64,000 nt of DNA, taken from Candidatus Enterousia sp. Its GTDB lineage: Bacteria; Pseudomonadota; Alphaproteobacteria; Rs-D84. The position numbers and the translations under genes are program-made. Shown piece after piece: positions 37,368 through 48,203 of the stretch. The notes beneath the pieces are model-generated. The model worked only from the letters and a program-made list of their open reading frames with translations. It ran no database searches and was not told the origin of the DNA. Within the stretch, counting starts at the first letter, position 1. The number at the start of each line of letters is the position of its first letter. The DNA lies in the NCBI GenBank assembly GCA_045630455.1, contig JAZQTD010000048.1, positions 1,828-65,827 on the forward strand, read 5' to 3'.

Positions 37368-38315
37368 ATGCAAGAACAAATTAAAAATATAAATACACTA
37401 GAAGAATTACAGGCGTTATATACCGCTACATTTGGTAAAAACGGTACAATGACCGCACGCCTAAAAGAAATGAAAAATCTGGATAACGATGCACGTGCAG
37501 CATTGAATCTCGAAAATTCAACCTTGCGTGAATTGTTCAAAACACGCCAAACTGAAATTGAAAATGCGGTTTTGATGGCGGGGCTGCAAAAGCAGAAACT
37601 GGATGTATCTTTGAATGCGGCACCTGAAAACCGTGGTACGTTGCATCCAATGACACAAAGTTTAATTGAAATTTCTGAAATCTTGGAATCTTTTGGGTAT
37701 AAACCATTTACTGGCCCAGAAATCGAAGATGATTGGCATAACTTTACAGCGTTAAATACTCCGGATTATCACCCTGCCCGTGATATGCAGGATACATTCT
37801 TTTTAGCAAATGGTAATGTAATGCGTACCCAGACATCTGCGATTCAAATCCGCACAATGGAAAAAACAGGCGCACCAATTAAAATGTTTGGTATTGGCGC
37901 AACATATCGCAAAGAAATGGATGCAACGCACGCGCCTATGTTCGGCCAGATAGAAGGGTTATATGTTAATAAAAACATAACTATGTCTGATTTGATTGGC
38001 GATATTCGTGCATTCCTGAAACGTTTCTTTGAAATGGATGATATTGAGTTGCGTATTCGTCCGTCTTACTTTCCATTTACAGACCCATCTATTGAGGTTG
38101 ATTTGAAGTGGAAAAATGGTCGCTGGCTGGAAATTATGGGTGCTGGTATGGTACATCCAAACGTATTGCGTAATTGTGGTATTGACTCAGATACTTACCA
38201 AGGGTTTGCATTCGGATTTGGTTGGGACAGATTGGCTATGCTGAAATACGGTCTGCCAGATTTACGCGATTTCCGTGGCAATGATATCAGATGGTTAAAA
38301 AGTGCTGGTTTTTAA
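37368..38315 (+). CDS. pheS: Phenylalanine--tRNA ligase alpha subunit
   Basis: Class II motifs (HPARDMQDTFF, FRKE..DATH, GFAFGFGWDRLAM). The ATG at 37368 follows AAGG. The ORF track starts at TTG 37350. Confidence 0.9.
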   Translation: MQEQIKNINTLEELQALYTATFGKNGTMTARLKEMKNLDNDARAALNLENSTLRELFKTRQTEIENAVLMAGLQKQKLDVSLNAAPENRGTLHPMTQSLIEISEILESFGYKPFTGPEIEDDWHNFTALNTPDYHPARDMQDTFFLANGNVMRTQTSAIQIRTMEKTGAPIKMFGIGATYRKEMDATHAPMFGQIEGLYVNKNITMSDLIGDIRAFLKRFFEMDDIELRIRPSYFPFTDPSIEVDLKWKNGRWLEIMGAGMVHPNVLRNCGIDSDTYQGFAFGFGWDRLAMLKYGLPDLRDFRGNDIRWLKSAGF

Positions 38316-38330
38316 TGTGGGGGTATTGAT

Positions 38331-40634
38331 ATGAAATGGACTTATGATTGGTTAAAAGATTATCTGGAAACAGATTTAACACCAGAACAGATTGCTGATG
38401 AATTAACACGCATCGGGCTAGAGGTCGAAGAAATATCTGCACCAGTTGCGCCAATTGCGGCACGTATTGTTGAATGCAAAGCGCATGAAAACAGCGATCA
38501 TTTACACGTGCTGATGGTTGAGGATGGTTCTGATAAATTGCGTCAGGTTGTTTGTGGTGCTCCAAACGCACGTGTAGGATTGGTATCTGCGCTGGCGGTG
38601 CCGGGGTGTGTTATTGGTGGACACGAAATTACATCTGGTAAATTACGTGGTGTTGTATCGAACGGTATGATGTGTTCTGGCAAAGAATTAGGTATAAACA
38701 ACGACCACGATGGTATTATTGAATTGGACGCGGATACAAAAATTGGTTCGCCGGTCTTGGATGTTAAAACGGTATTTGATGCGGGTATCACACCAAATCG
38801 ACCAGATTATTTGTCTGTGCGTGGTGTTGCGCGCGATTTATCGGCAAGTGGTGCTGGGAAATATGTCGCACCAAAAGATACGGCATTCAAAACGGTATCG
38901 GGCAAACGTCGTGCGATTATTGAAACAGACAAATGCGCAACATATAAACTGATTGAAATCAGTGGTGTAAATATTGCGCCCAGTTGTGAAAAAATTGCAT
39001 CACGTCTGCGTGCGATTGGTATAAATCCAAAAAATGCTGCAATCGATGCGACAAATTATATCTGCTATGATATGGCACAGCCTATGCATTGCTTTGATGC
39101 GGATGAAATCAAAGGCGACATTGTTGTTCGTATGGCGCAAAAAGGCGAAAAATTTACAGACCTGTTTGGCGGCGAACACGAATTAACAGAAAACGATATG
39201 GTTATCGCAGATGGTATGGGAATCTTGGCGCTGGCGGGGGTAATCGGTGGTGCGCGCGGTTCAACCACAGATAATACGAAAAATATTATCTTGGAATCTG
39301 CATATTTTGACCCTGTTTCTGTTCGTAAATCTGCAAAAAGAATTGGTATGTCTACAGATGCATCATATCGTTATGAACGTGGTATAAATCCAACAATAAC
39401 AGGTGCAGCGGCAATGTATGCAGCCCAGATTATTATGGACGCGTGTGGTGGAAAAATCACAAACGCGTACATAGCGGGTGCAGATATTGTCCCAGACGTA
39501 AAAATCAAATATAACCCAAATATCTTTACCAAAAAGACAGGTGTTAAAATGGATGAAAAAATCCAGCAAGATATTTTGGAAAAATTGGGATATACGCTGG
39601 AAATCGTGGGTGATGACTGGTTGTTAACCCCACCTGCACGCCGTGTTGATGTTCAAATTCCTGAAACAGTTGTGGCAGATTTACTGCGTATATACGGTTA
39701 TGAAAAACTGGCATTATCCGCAGAACACACAATTGGTGACACAGATAAAAAATATAATCACGAATTATATCTAAAAAGTTCTATGGCATCGCGTGGATTA
39801 AACGAATGTTGTTCTTATGCATTCGGCAACAGTGCCACAGAAGAATTATTGTCTGATAAACCGATTGTAAAAATTACAAATCCAATTACATCCGATATGG
39901 ATACAGCGCGTAATGGATTGCTGGGTGGTTTATTGCAGATCGTTTCAAATAATGAAAAGCGTGGTTATCCAGACTTGAATCTGTTCGAATTGGGAACGGT
40001 TTTTGATGGCGATACCCCGGGTGCACAACATACATCGCTGTGTATTGTACGTACGGGACGCACCGGTCCAAAACATTGGCAATCACGCACACGTGACGTT
40101 GATATTTATGATGTTAAAAACGATATTATATCAATGTTAAACGGTCAGAAATTTACAATCTCGACTGATAATGCACCACGCTGGGCACATCCATACCGCT
40201 ATGGAAAAATTGTTCAGGGTAAACGCATATTAGCGGAATTTGGTGAATTACATCCATCGGTTGCGAAACAGTTGCGTATCAAAACAAACACTGTTATTGC
40301 AATTGTTGATGATATTAACAATATGCCAAATAAACGCGCGGGTAAAAATATCACACCATCTGAATTTCAGCCAATATCGCGCGACTTTGCGTTCATAGTG
40401 GATGTTGATATGCCGGCTGAAAAATTAACTGGTGCGGCAATGTCGGCGGATGCGCGTATTACAAATGCAGTTGTATTTGATGCGTTTGATTTAGGCGATG
40501 GTAAAAAGTCTATTGCATTTACAATCACAATCGAACCAACAGAAAATATGACAGATACAGATTTGTTAAAAATCCAAGACAGTGTTATAAAATCTGTTGA
40601 AACCAAATGTAACGCACAAATACGTGATAAATAA
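38331..40634 (+). CDS. pheT: Phenylalanine--tRNA ligase beta subunit
   Basis: N-terminal tRNA-binding domain, B3/4 and B5 domains, FDX-ACB C-terminus. 767 aa. Confidence 0.9.
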   Translation: MKWTYDWLKDYLETDLTPEQIADELTRIGLEVEEISAPVAPIAARIVECKAHENSDHLHVLMVEDGSDKLRQVVCGAPNARVGLVSALAVPGCVIGGHEITSGKLRGVVSNGMMCSGKELGINNDHDGIIELDADTKIGSPVLDVKTVFDAGITPNRPDYLSVRGVARDLSASGAGKYVAPKDTAFKTVSGKRRAIIETDKCATYKLIEISGVNIAPSCEKIASRLRAIGINPKNAAIDATNYICYDMAQPMHCFDADEIKGDIVVRMAQKGEKFTDLFGGEHELTENDMVIADGMGILALAGVIGGARGSTTDNTKNIILESAYFDPVSVRKSAKRIGMSTDASYRYERGINPTITGAAAMYAAQIIMDACGGKITNAYIAGADIVPDVKIKYNPNIFTKKTGVKMDEKIQQDILEKLGYTLEIVGDDWLLTPPARRVDVQIPETVVADLLRIYGYEKLALSAEHTIGDTDKKYNHELYLKSSMASRGLNECCSYAFGNSATEELLSDKPIVKITNPITSDMDTARNGLLGGLLQIVSNNEKRGYPDLNLFELGTVFDGDTPGAQHTSLCIVRTGRTGPKHWQSRTRDVDIYDVKNDIISMLNGQKFTISTDNAPRWAHPYRYGKIVQGKRILAEFGELHPSVAKQLRIKTNTVIAIVDDINNMPNKRAGKNITPSEFQPISRDFAFIVDVDMPAEKLTGAAMSADARITNAVVFDAFDLGDGKKSIAFTITIEPTENMTDTDLLKIQDSVIKSVETKCNAQIRDK

Positions 40635-40658
40635 AAATCCCCCGTTTGGGGGATTTTT
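40633..40658. terminator. Bidirectional intrinsic terminator (AAAAATCCCCC-GTTT-GGGGGATTTTT)
   Basis: Fills the 22-nt gap between convergent pheT and virD4 and touches both stop codons. Confidence 0.7.
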
Positions 40659-42906
40659 ATTCAAGTATCTTAATTTCCTTGGTTGCGGGATAGTAAATTC
40701 GTGGTGTCCCAGTAAATCCCAGCGCACGATGATGCGACGGTACCAAGAAATCTGGCAATGGTGGTGCCTCACCCATTTGAACTTTTTTGTATAATTCTTT
40801 TTGAACTGGTGTTTTATTTAAAAACCATCTTTCCTGGTCTGCTTCAATCGGACGATTATAGTGTCCTTGGACGATTACCAGTTGTTTGCCGTCTGATAAT
40901 TTCATAATATCCATTGGGGTGTACAGCAGTGATTCTTTGGTGACTTCTTTACCGTCTGCGCCTTTTTCTTTTTTCATTTTCATTCCCATCATTTGTGAAA
41001 ATGTGTCCGCAGACCCAGGGTCATTTTGTCGTAATACAATCTTGGCGGCCGTTGTTGAAATAATAGTTTTTGCGGCTTCTGGTCCGTATTTTTCTGAAAT
41101 TTGGTTTAGGTCTTGACCAATCAAAAGATATGAAATTTTTTGTCCACGTCCTAAATCTGGCCCTTGGATAACCGCCTGCATTTTTTGCATTTTTGGCATT
41201 TCGTCCAATACAAACAATACAGGATAAGGCCCCAGTTCTTCACCATTATGCTTGCCACCAGGGGCGTTTGCCAACAAGAAGTTAGACATTAATTCGATAA
41301 ATATTGCGGTAATCGGGTTTAATGCCTGGGCGTCAACCATATTAATTGATAAATATACTGTCACTGGCTTAATCTTGCCGTCACGTGGGTCACGAAGCCC
41401 GCGCAGGTCTGAAAAATGAAAATCAGAATGGCTGGTACGATTGCGAACAGCTGCATTACGGAAAATTGTCAGTCCAGATAATGCGGTTGACATAATAGAG
41501 CCACGTTCTTTGTCTGGTGTATTGGCCAGTTGTGTTAATTCTTGGACGGCACGATGTGAATATGCGTATTGGCGCGCTTCATCAACTGCATTTTGTAATA
41601 AGTCTTTCATCGGGTCGGCCATCATAACCATTTGGTCGCCTGCTTTGCGTCTTTCTTCCATTTCCTGGGCGATTGCAATCTGGCTTGAAGTCAACCAGTC
41701 AAGAATCATTGGCAATGATGCCTCTTTGCCACGCCATGTATCTGGGATATTTGCCCACGTTCCAACGTGGACGTAATTCATTGCGTTCAATTCACCGCGT
41801 TGCAACATCGCATGCGCCGCATACGCATTTGGGTCGGTCATCATAGAAAGATAGTAATCAGATAAAACGGCGGCATCTTCGGCATTAAATGTGCCATTTA
41901 CCATACGTGAATAAAAATAATCGTCGGCTTTGGCACGTTCAACCTTGGACACAATATATTGCACAAAACCAGTCAATGCAGCACGTCCAGTAATTGTCCA
42001 GTGTGGGTCAGCAGACGACCCAGAACGGTCTGGAATAAGTGTATTACAAATTGAATCGATATACAAATCACGTTGTTCGGTATTAAACGGCACGTGTTCA
42101 GGTGACAGCGGATTCCAAGACGGATAATAAATACCGCGTGCTGGATCGTCTTGACCTGCCCAGTTCATAATAAATACCGGACCAACAGATGCGCGATACG
42201 CACTGGTGTTTTGTTTTAATTCAGGTTTTGGGTCGTTGATAATCATAGATACGCTATCGCAATCTAAAATTGTCGGAATAACGACACCGGCGGTTTTACC
42301 GGTTCCCGGGGGCGCAACGCACAAGGCAGATAAACATTCGTCAAACATTAACGGGACACTTTTTCCTTTGTTTTTAAAATACCCCAAAACCATCATAAAA
42401 CCATCAAACAAGCCTTCTTTGTTTTTAAAATTTTGTGCCATTTTCTTAATATCGGTGGCGGTTGCCTTGTTAGAAGATTTTTCATCAAATTTATCTTTGC
42501 CGTGTGGGTTAAATTCATCTGTGAACGTGCCGTCTGACAAGAAATAGTATGCGACAATTGGCAGCAATGGCACGATACACGCCATATCAGTTCTGAAAAC
42601 ACATCGAAATACCCAGGCCGGCAATTCTGCAATCGCGCTTAAACCGCCACTGGTTAATAAATTCATAAAATATGTCTTTGTCCAGACTGCGGATGCCGGA
42701 CTCCACCCGTAACGCCAAATATGCTCAATAACAAAAGCCGTCGCAAACGCCAGTGCGCACGCAATCCATATTCCACACCCCCAACGTATGCGCCAAAATA
42801 TTTGCGCCATTGGGGTCTTTTCGTGTTCTTTATAAGAGCTGGACTTAAATATCCCCAGCCCTTTACCTTTTCCACTTGCTGATAAAAAGTTGAACTTCTT
42901 GGCCAT
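40657..42906 (-). CDS. virD4: Type IV secretion coupling protein VirD4/TraG family
   Basis: N-terminal membrane helices, Walker A APPGTGKTAG, Walker B VLFVLDEMP. 749 aa. Confidence 0.85.
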   Translation of the reverse strand: MAKKFNFLSASGKGKGLGIFKSSSYKEHEKTPMAQIFWRIRWGCGIWIACALAFATAFVIEHIWRYGWSPASAVWTKTYFMNLLTSGGLSAIAELPAWVFRCVFRTDMACIVPLLPIVAYYFLSDGTFTDEFNPHGKDKFDEKSSNKATATDIKKMAQNFKNKEGLFDGFMMVLGYFKNKGKSVPLMFDECLSALCVAPPGTGKTAGVVIPTILDCDSVSMIINDPKPELKQNTSAYRASVGPVFIMNWAGQDDPARGIYYPSWNPLSPEHVPFNTEQRDLYIDSICNTLIPDRSGSSADPHWTITGRAALTGFVQYIVSKVERAKADDYFYSRMVNGTFNAEDAAVLSDYYLSMMTDPNAYAAHAMLQRGELNAMNYVHVGTWANIPDTWRGKEASLPMILDWLTSSQIAIAQEMEERRKAGDQMVMMADPMKDLLQNAVDEARQYAYSHRAVQELTQLANTPDKERGSIMSTALSGLTIFRNAAVRNRTSHSDFHFSDLRGLRDPRDGKIKPVTVYLSINMVDAQALNPITAIFIELMSNFLLANAPGGKHNGEELGPYPVLFVLDEMPKMQKMQAVIQGPDLGRGQKISYLLIGQDLNQISEKYGPEAAKTIISTTAAKIVLRQNDPGSADTFSQMMGMKMKKEKGADGKEVTKESLLYTPMDIMKLSDGKQLVIVQGHYNRPIEADQERWFLNKTPVQKELYKKVQMGEAPPLPDFLVPSHHRALGFTGTPRIYYPATKEIKILE

Positions 42907-42961
42907 TGTGTTATGATTATATCAGAAAAAAGCAATCGAATAAATCAGGAAAAACAATTTT

Positions 42962-43615
42962 ATGAAAAATATCCCAAGAATTTTTATAGGCGACAATATT
43001 AAAGAGGGTATTCAAATACCGTTATCTCGTGAAACAATGCATTATTTAACACGTGTTATGCGTACACGCGAATGCTTGGTCTTTGGTGGTGGCGATGAAT
43101 ATGCTGCGACTGTGTCTGATGATGATAAAAGTTTAATTATTGGCAATAAAACGCCACACACTGACCCGTCTAATGATATTACACTGATGTTTTCGCCGAT
43201 TAAGCATACAGATGATTTAATAAATATGGCGACACAAATGGGTGTTGCACGATTTTTGCCGGTTATAACATCACGCACAGTTGCGCATCATGTAAATTGG
43301 GAACGTATGCGAAAAATAGCAATCGAAAGCGCCGAGCAATCAAATCGTAATTCTGTACCAGAAATTTTAGAACCGGTTAAATTTAACGATTTGGATTTAT
43401 CGGAAATTGTTTTTGCAGACGAACGTGCTGCATATGGCGCAACTACTTCAAACGACTTTGAAACGACAAAAATCCTGATTGGACCCGAAGGTGGTTTTTC
43501 AGATGAGGAATTTTCTGCGCTGGACGTGTCTGGTGCGTGTGGAATTGGATTAGGTAAAACAATATTGCGGGCTGAAACAGCGGCGATTGTTGCGCTGGCT
43601 AAAATCATAAAGTAA
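42962..43615 (+). CDS. rsmE: 16S rRNA (uracil1498-N3)-methyltransferase RsmE family
   Basis: SPOUT C-terminus IGPEGGFSDEE...LGKTILRAETA. Confidence 0.8.
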   Translation: MKNIPRIFIGDNIKEGIQIPLSRETMHYLTRVMRTRECLVFGGGDEYAATVSDDDKSLIIGNKTPHTDPSNDITLMFSPIKHTDDLINMATQMGVARFLPVITSRTVAHHVNWERMRKIAIESAEQSNRNSVPEILEPVKFNDLDLSEIVFADERAAYGATTSNDFETTKILIGPEGGFSDEEFSALDVSGACGIGLGKTILRAETAAIVALAKIIK

Positions 43616-43618
43616 AAA

Positions 43619-44311
43619 ATGACTGTACGAATTGCAAAATTTTTATCAGATTGTTCTGTGGCATCACGGCGTGGGGCGGAAAAATTAATCGCCGATGGCG
43701 CGGTTGCAATTAATGGGAAAATAATAGACAGTCCGGTTAATTTTGTATCTGACCAAGACACGGTGACGGTTAATGGTGTGGTTGTTGGTGCGCAAAAAAC
43801 AGAAATATATGCATTTTATAAACCGATTAATACAATGACAACTGCGCACGACCCAGAAGGGCGTAAAACGATTTATGATGTGTTGCCTAAACAATATCGT
43901 CATCTTAAATATATTGGGCGACTGGATTATAAAACAACAGGATTGTTGTTGTTAACCAACAATGGGGAATTGGCGCGTAAATTAACAATGCCGTCTTCAA
44001 AAATACCACGTGTTTATATTGCTCAGGTTTCTGGTGATACAAAAAATATAGAACGTGCACGTCGCGGAATAATTGTTGATGGAATAAAATATGCGCCGAT
44101 GAAGATAGATGAAATTGAACCGAATATTTTACGTATTGAAATTACAGAAGGGAAAAAGAATGAAATCCGAATTGTAATGCGTGCGTGTGGTTGTCCGGTT
44201 GTAAAATTACACCGCATAAAATACGGAAAAATTGAATTGGGAAAATTAACAGTCGGACAAATTAAAAAGATTTCACAAAAAATAATTGACGAAATAATAA
44301 AAACTCTCTAA
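43619..44311 (+). CDS. rRNA pseudouridine synthase (RsuA/RluB family)
   Basis: S4 domain (IAKFLSDCSVASRRGAEKLI) plus catalytic GRLDYKTTGLLLLTNNG. Confidence 0.8.
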   Translation: MTVRIAKFLSDCSVASRRGAEKLIADGAVAINGKIIDSPVNFVSDQDTVTVNGVVVGAQKTEIYAFYKPINTMTTAHDPEGRKTIYDVLPKQYRHLKYIGRLDYKTTGLLLLTNNGELARKLTMPSSKIPRVYIAQVSGDTKNIERARRGIIVDGIKYAPMKIDEIEPNILRIEITEGKKNEIRIVMRACGCPVVKLHRIKYGKIELGKLTVGQIKKISQKIIDEIIKTL

Positions 44312-44339
44312 TATTCCATTAAACGGAAGGGAGATTTTT

Positions 44340-45371
44340 ATGAAAAAAACACCACTTAAAAACACAAAATCAACAAAAAAAGCTCAAAAAACTAAGCCAG
44401 TAGCCAAAGTTACGGTGAAAAAAGCGTGCACATCTGCATGGTCTTTGTCTATTTATGTATATTGGTTTATTATTTTGTTCTTTATTGCAGCGACTTTTTA
44501 TATCTTGGGTCGCAGCCACGATGCAATTTATACACCATCAACTGCACAAATTAGCGAAGAGCAACTATTGCAGGCTGGCGACTATTATGAAAACGGCAAA
44601 ACAAAGTTGTTGGCAGGTAATATTGATGAAGCAGTGGCAGATTTGACAACTGCAATTGACAGCGGTGCTGCATCGATTGATACATATATCTTGCGTGGTG
44701 AAGCATATATGCAATCTGGCGATTATCGTAACGCAATGGCTGATTTTGATACTGCTTTGGAAAAAGATGCACAAAATGCAGTAGCGTTTTATGATCGTGC
44801 TTTACTGAATATGCGTTTAGAAGATTATAATGCTGCGTTGAACGATATTAATAATGCAATGGCTGCAAATACAACGAATCCAACACCAGTATTACAGTTG
44901 CGTGATTTGTATGCGAAACGTGGTCAATTGAACTTGTGGTTAAAGAACTGGGAAGGTGCAATTGCAGACTATACAAATTCTTTGGCTAGACCAGAGGGTG
45001 TTGTTAATCCATCTGTATATGCAGAACGTGCTGAAGCTTATACTGCAATAAGTGATTATGCAAACGCGATTGATGATTATTCGTCTGCAGTTCGTGTAAT
45101 TTCTGAACAAATTCAGGGGGTACCAACAATGTCATCGCGTGAAATTTTGTCATCAAACGCAATGGGTTACTTTGAAAAGTCTGCAGCATTGAATGTAAAT
45201 CTAGGTAATATGGAAGCTGCACGTGCTGACTTGGAATCTGCACGCACAATTGCCGTGGCGTTGGGTGATACAGAAACTGTTGAACGTTTGGATAAATTGT
45301 TGGCTGATATGACAGTGGTTATAACATCTACAGGACCAGAAGCGCCATCAGAACAAGTTATGGCAGAATAA
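44340..45371 (+). CDS. Membrane-anchored TPR-repeat protein
   Basis: Basic N-terminus, one helix (LSIYVYWFIILFFIAATFYIL), then repeated A..D...A/Y..RG TPR-like units. Confidence 0.65.
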   Translation: MKKTPLKNTKSTKKAQKTKPVAKVTVKKACTSAWSLSIYVYWFIILFFIAATFYILGRSHDAIYTPSTAQISEEQLLQAGDYYENGKTKLLAGNIDEAVADLTTAIDSGAASIDTYILRGEAYMQSGDYRNAMADFDTALEKDAQNAVAFYDRALLNMRLEDYNAALNDINNAMAANTTNPTPVLQLRDLYAKRGQLNLWLKNWEGAIADYTNSLARPEGVVNPSVYAERAEAYTAISDYANAIDDYSSAVRVISEQIQGVPTMSSREILSSNAMGYFEKSAALNVNLGNMEAARADLESARTIAVALGDTETVERLDKLLADMTVVITSTGPEAPSEQVMAE

Positions 45372-45372
45372 C

Positions 45373-45399
45373 AAAAAATCCGGCATTTGCCGGATTTTT
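45373..45399 (+). terminator. Intrinsic terminator (AAAAAATCCGGC-ATTT-GCCGGATTTTT)
   Basis: Starts 2 nt after the TPR gene stop. Confidence 0.65.
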
Positions 45400-45458
45400 A
45401 ATTGCAAAATTTTGTTTCGTTTTGTATGCTAAACCTGATAAACAATTGGGGGTGTATT

Positions 45459-45656
45459 ATGGACGAAAATAAACTAACATTTGAAGAAGCATACAAACAG
45501 TTAATGGAATTGGTCAAAAAAATGGAATCTGGCGAATTGCCATTGGCTGAATCTGTCACTGCTTATGAGCAAGGCGTTAAATTAAAAGCATATTGCGAAC
45601 AATTATTAAAAGAAGCAGAATTAAAAATCGAAACATTAAAAGTTAGCAATCAATAA
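45459..45656 (+). CDS. xseB: Exodeoxyribonuclease VII small subunit
   Basis: MDENKLTFEEAYKQLMELVKKMESGELPLAESVTAYEQGVKL is the XseB pattern. The ATG at 45459 follows GGGGG. ORF track starts at 45402. Confidence 0.8.
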   Translation: MDENKLTFEEAYKQLMELVKKMESGELPLAESVTAYEQGVKLKAYCEQLLKEAELKIETLKVSNQ

Positions 45657-45668
45657 ACGGATTTAATC

Positions 45669-48203
45669 GTGGCTGAAAAAAGCAAATTAACCCCTGTTAT
45701 GCAACAATATGTTGATATGAAGGCGGAAAATCCAGACGCATTATTAATGTTTCGTCTGGGGGATTTTTATGAATCTTTTTTTGAAGATGCAAAAATAATT
45801 AGTGCAAATCTGGGACTGGTTTTAACGGCACGTGGCACAGATGGTGATGGAGAATCAATTCCAATGTGCGGTATTCCGTGGCACGCGGCAGATAATTATT
45901 TTGGTCGTCTGGTGCGCGCTGGTTTTTCGGTCGCATTGGTTGAGCAAATGGAAACCCCGGCCGAGGCCAAATCCCGCGGTCATAAATTCATAGAAAGAAA
46001 AGTTGTTCGTGTTTTAACCCCTGGGACATTAACAGATGAAAATTTATTAATACCAAAAAATTCTAATTTTTTGGTTTCAGTAATGCCGATTGATAATAAT
46101 GAATTTGATATTGCGGGCTGTGATATTTCGACTGGTGAATTTTTTATTGGCAAAACATCTGATATTATTGATGATTTAGTAAGACTTAATCCGGCTGAGG
46201 TTATATACCCCGCATCTGCCGCAGAAAACGATCAGATTATGCAAATTCGTAATATTTTCAAGACAACGGCTGTATTTGAAAAATTATATCATCGCACAGA
46301 TATAGACCAGATTGTATCACGTGTATTCTGCGGTGTTGTGCGTATGGACACGATTTCAACGAATATAGACAATGCGATTTGTTTATTGGCGGGATATTTA
46401 TTTAATACCCAGCGTGATGCCACAATCACATTTCGTGCGCCACATCAATTTAAATCTGGCGCACAGTTGCTGATTGATTCTGCAACATGGAAAAGTCTGG
46501 AAATAGACGCACCAATTAACGATGGTGGTGCATGCTTGATTGATGTTTTAGATAATACCAAGACGGCGGCGGGTGCACGAAAACTGCGCGGATATTTGCG
46601 CGCGCTGTCCGCAGACAGTGACGAGATTCGTTCACGCCAATTGCACATTGCGCACCTGATTACAAATCCAGACGTAATGTTGTCGTTACAGCGAATTTTA
46701 TCAACTGTTCCTGATGTTGGTCGCTGTTTATCAAGACTGCTGTCGGGGCGTGGCACACCACGTGATATGCGAAATATTTCTGAATTTATTATGTCTTTGC
46801 CAAATGCAAAATCTATGTCTGTGCGCTTAGATTCTGGGCTGGGCGCACGTTTTGCGGAAATAAAAACACACGATGAATTGTGTTTAAAATTACAAAATGC
46901 ACTGGCTGACGAGTTGCCAACATTTTTCCGTGATGGCAATGTAATTCGTGATGGTTTTGATATCGCACTGGATAATATGCGCCGCTTAGCCAATGGTGCC
47001 AAAGAAACCATTGCCACCCTGCAATCTGAATATGTGGCAAAAACAGGGATTAACACATTAAAGATAAAATATAACAATATCTTGGGATATTTTATAGAAA
47101 TTCCGTCTGCCCGCGCTGAAATTATGATGAACCCAGAATCTGGTTTTATCCATCGTCAAACGATGGCGGGCAATATGCGCTTTACAACTGCGCGCTTGAT
47201 TGATTTGGATAATGATGTACGCAGTGCGGCTGAAAAATCTGCGGGCATAGAAGCGCAGATTATAAATTCCTTAATCGAAGAAATTCGCAGAGTTGCAGAT
47301 GATTTATTGGCAACGTCTGATTTATTGGCGGATGCAGATGTTTGGTGTTCGCTGGCCTATGTTGCAGATTTATATGATTGGGTTTGCCCAAATGTGACAC
47401 CTGATTGTGCGTTTGATATTATTGGTGGTCGTCACCCAGTGATAGAGTCGGTCTTGCGCGCACGTGGGGATAATTTTGTTAAAAACGATTGTAATCTAAA
47501 TGCGCGTGCGATTGCATTACTGACTGGGCCAAATATGGCGGGTAAATCAACATACCTGCGCCAGAATGCGATAATCGTAGTCTTGGCACATTTGGGTTCT
47601 TTTGTGCCTGCAACCCGTGCGACTATTGGCATCTGTGACCAGTTGTTTAGTCGTGTTGGAGCCTCAGACAATCTGGCGGCTGGTCAGTCTACGTTTATGG
47701 TAGAAATGGCCGAGACTGCAAACATATTAAATCGTGCAACGTCAAAATCTTTTATTATATTTGATGAAATTGGACGTGGTACGGCGACCTATGACGGTAT
47801 GGCAATCGCCCAAGCAGTTCTTGAATTTTTGAACACATTACAGCCACGAACATTATTCGCAACACACTATCACGAATTAACAAGATTGGTGTCTGGTGGC
47901 GAATTGGGCAATGTGTCTTGTCTGACGATTGATGTGCGTGAACACAATAATGAAATTGTCTTTATGCATAAAATAGTAGCGGGTGTTGCAAACCGTTCAT
48001 ATGGTATTCATGTTGCGCGTATGGCGGGAATGCCACAATCTGTTGTTGCGCGCGCAGAAAGTGTTTTGGAATCATTGGAATCAAATACCGCGCCTGTTGC
48101 GTCAAAAGAAACGATTGAAAGCACGCACGTTAAAACGGTTAATCTGGAACCTATGAAGATTCAGTCACCTACGCGTTCACAATTAAACTTGTTTGGGGAA
48201 TAA
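45669..48203 (+). CDS. mutS: DNA mismatch repair protein MutS
   Basis: TPVMQQY N-terminus, Walker A GPNMAGKST, DEIGRGT, THYHEL. GTG start. Confidence 0.9.
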   Translation: MAEKSKLTPVMQQYVDMKAENPDALLMFRLGDFYESFFEDAKIISANLGLVLTARGTDGDGESIPMCGIPWHAADNYFGRLVRAGFSVALVEQMETPAEAKSRGHKFIERKVVRVLTPGTLTDENLLIPKNSNFLVSVMPIDNNEFDIAGCDISTGEFFIGKTSDIIDDLVRLNPAEVIYPASAAENDQIMQIRNIFKTTAVFEKLYHRTDIDQIVSRVFCGVVRMDTISTNIDNAICLLAGYLFNTQRDATITFRAPHQFKSGAQLLIDSATWKSLEIDAPINDGGACLIDVLDNTKTAAGARKLRGYLRALSADSDEIRSRQLHIAHLITNPDVMLSLQRILSTVPDVGRCLSRLLSGRGTPRDMRNISEFIMSLPNAKSMSVRLDSGLGARFAEIKTHDELCLKLQNALADELPTFFRDGNVIRDGFDIALDNMRRLANGAKETIATLQSEYVAKTGINTLKIKYNNILGYFIEIPSARAEIMMNPESGFIHRQTMAGNMRFTTARLIDLDNDVRSAAEKSAGIEAQIINSLIEEIRRVADDLLATSDLLADADVWCSLAYVADLYDWVCPNVTPDCAFDIIGGRHPVIESVLRARGDNFVKNDCNLNARAIALLTGPNMAGKSTYLRQNAIIVVLAHLGSFVPATRATIGICDQLFSRVGASDNLAAGQSTFMVEMAETANILNRATSKSFIIFDEIGRGTATYDGMAIAQAVLEFLNTLQPRTLFATHYHELTRLVSGGELGNVSCLTIDVREHNNEIVFMHKIVAGVANRSYGIHVARMAGMPQSVVARAESVLESLESNTAPVASKETIESTHVKTVNLEPMKIQSPTRSQLNLFGE

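Noticed and set aside
46445-47077. 210-aa ORF antisense to mutS. The same class of long antisense ORFs occurs at 50695..51447 (ileS), 59035..59847 (metG), 20409..20942 (lpxC/lpxK), 34379..34846 (mrdA) and 43288..43761 (rsmE)
   Set aside because: These are shadow ORFs on the opposite strand of well-supported conserved genes. They have low-complexity Ser/Ile/Phe-rich translations and no start context.
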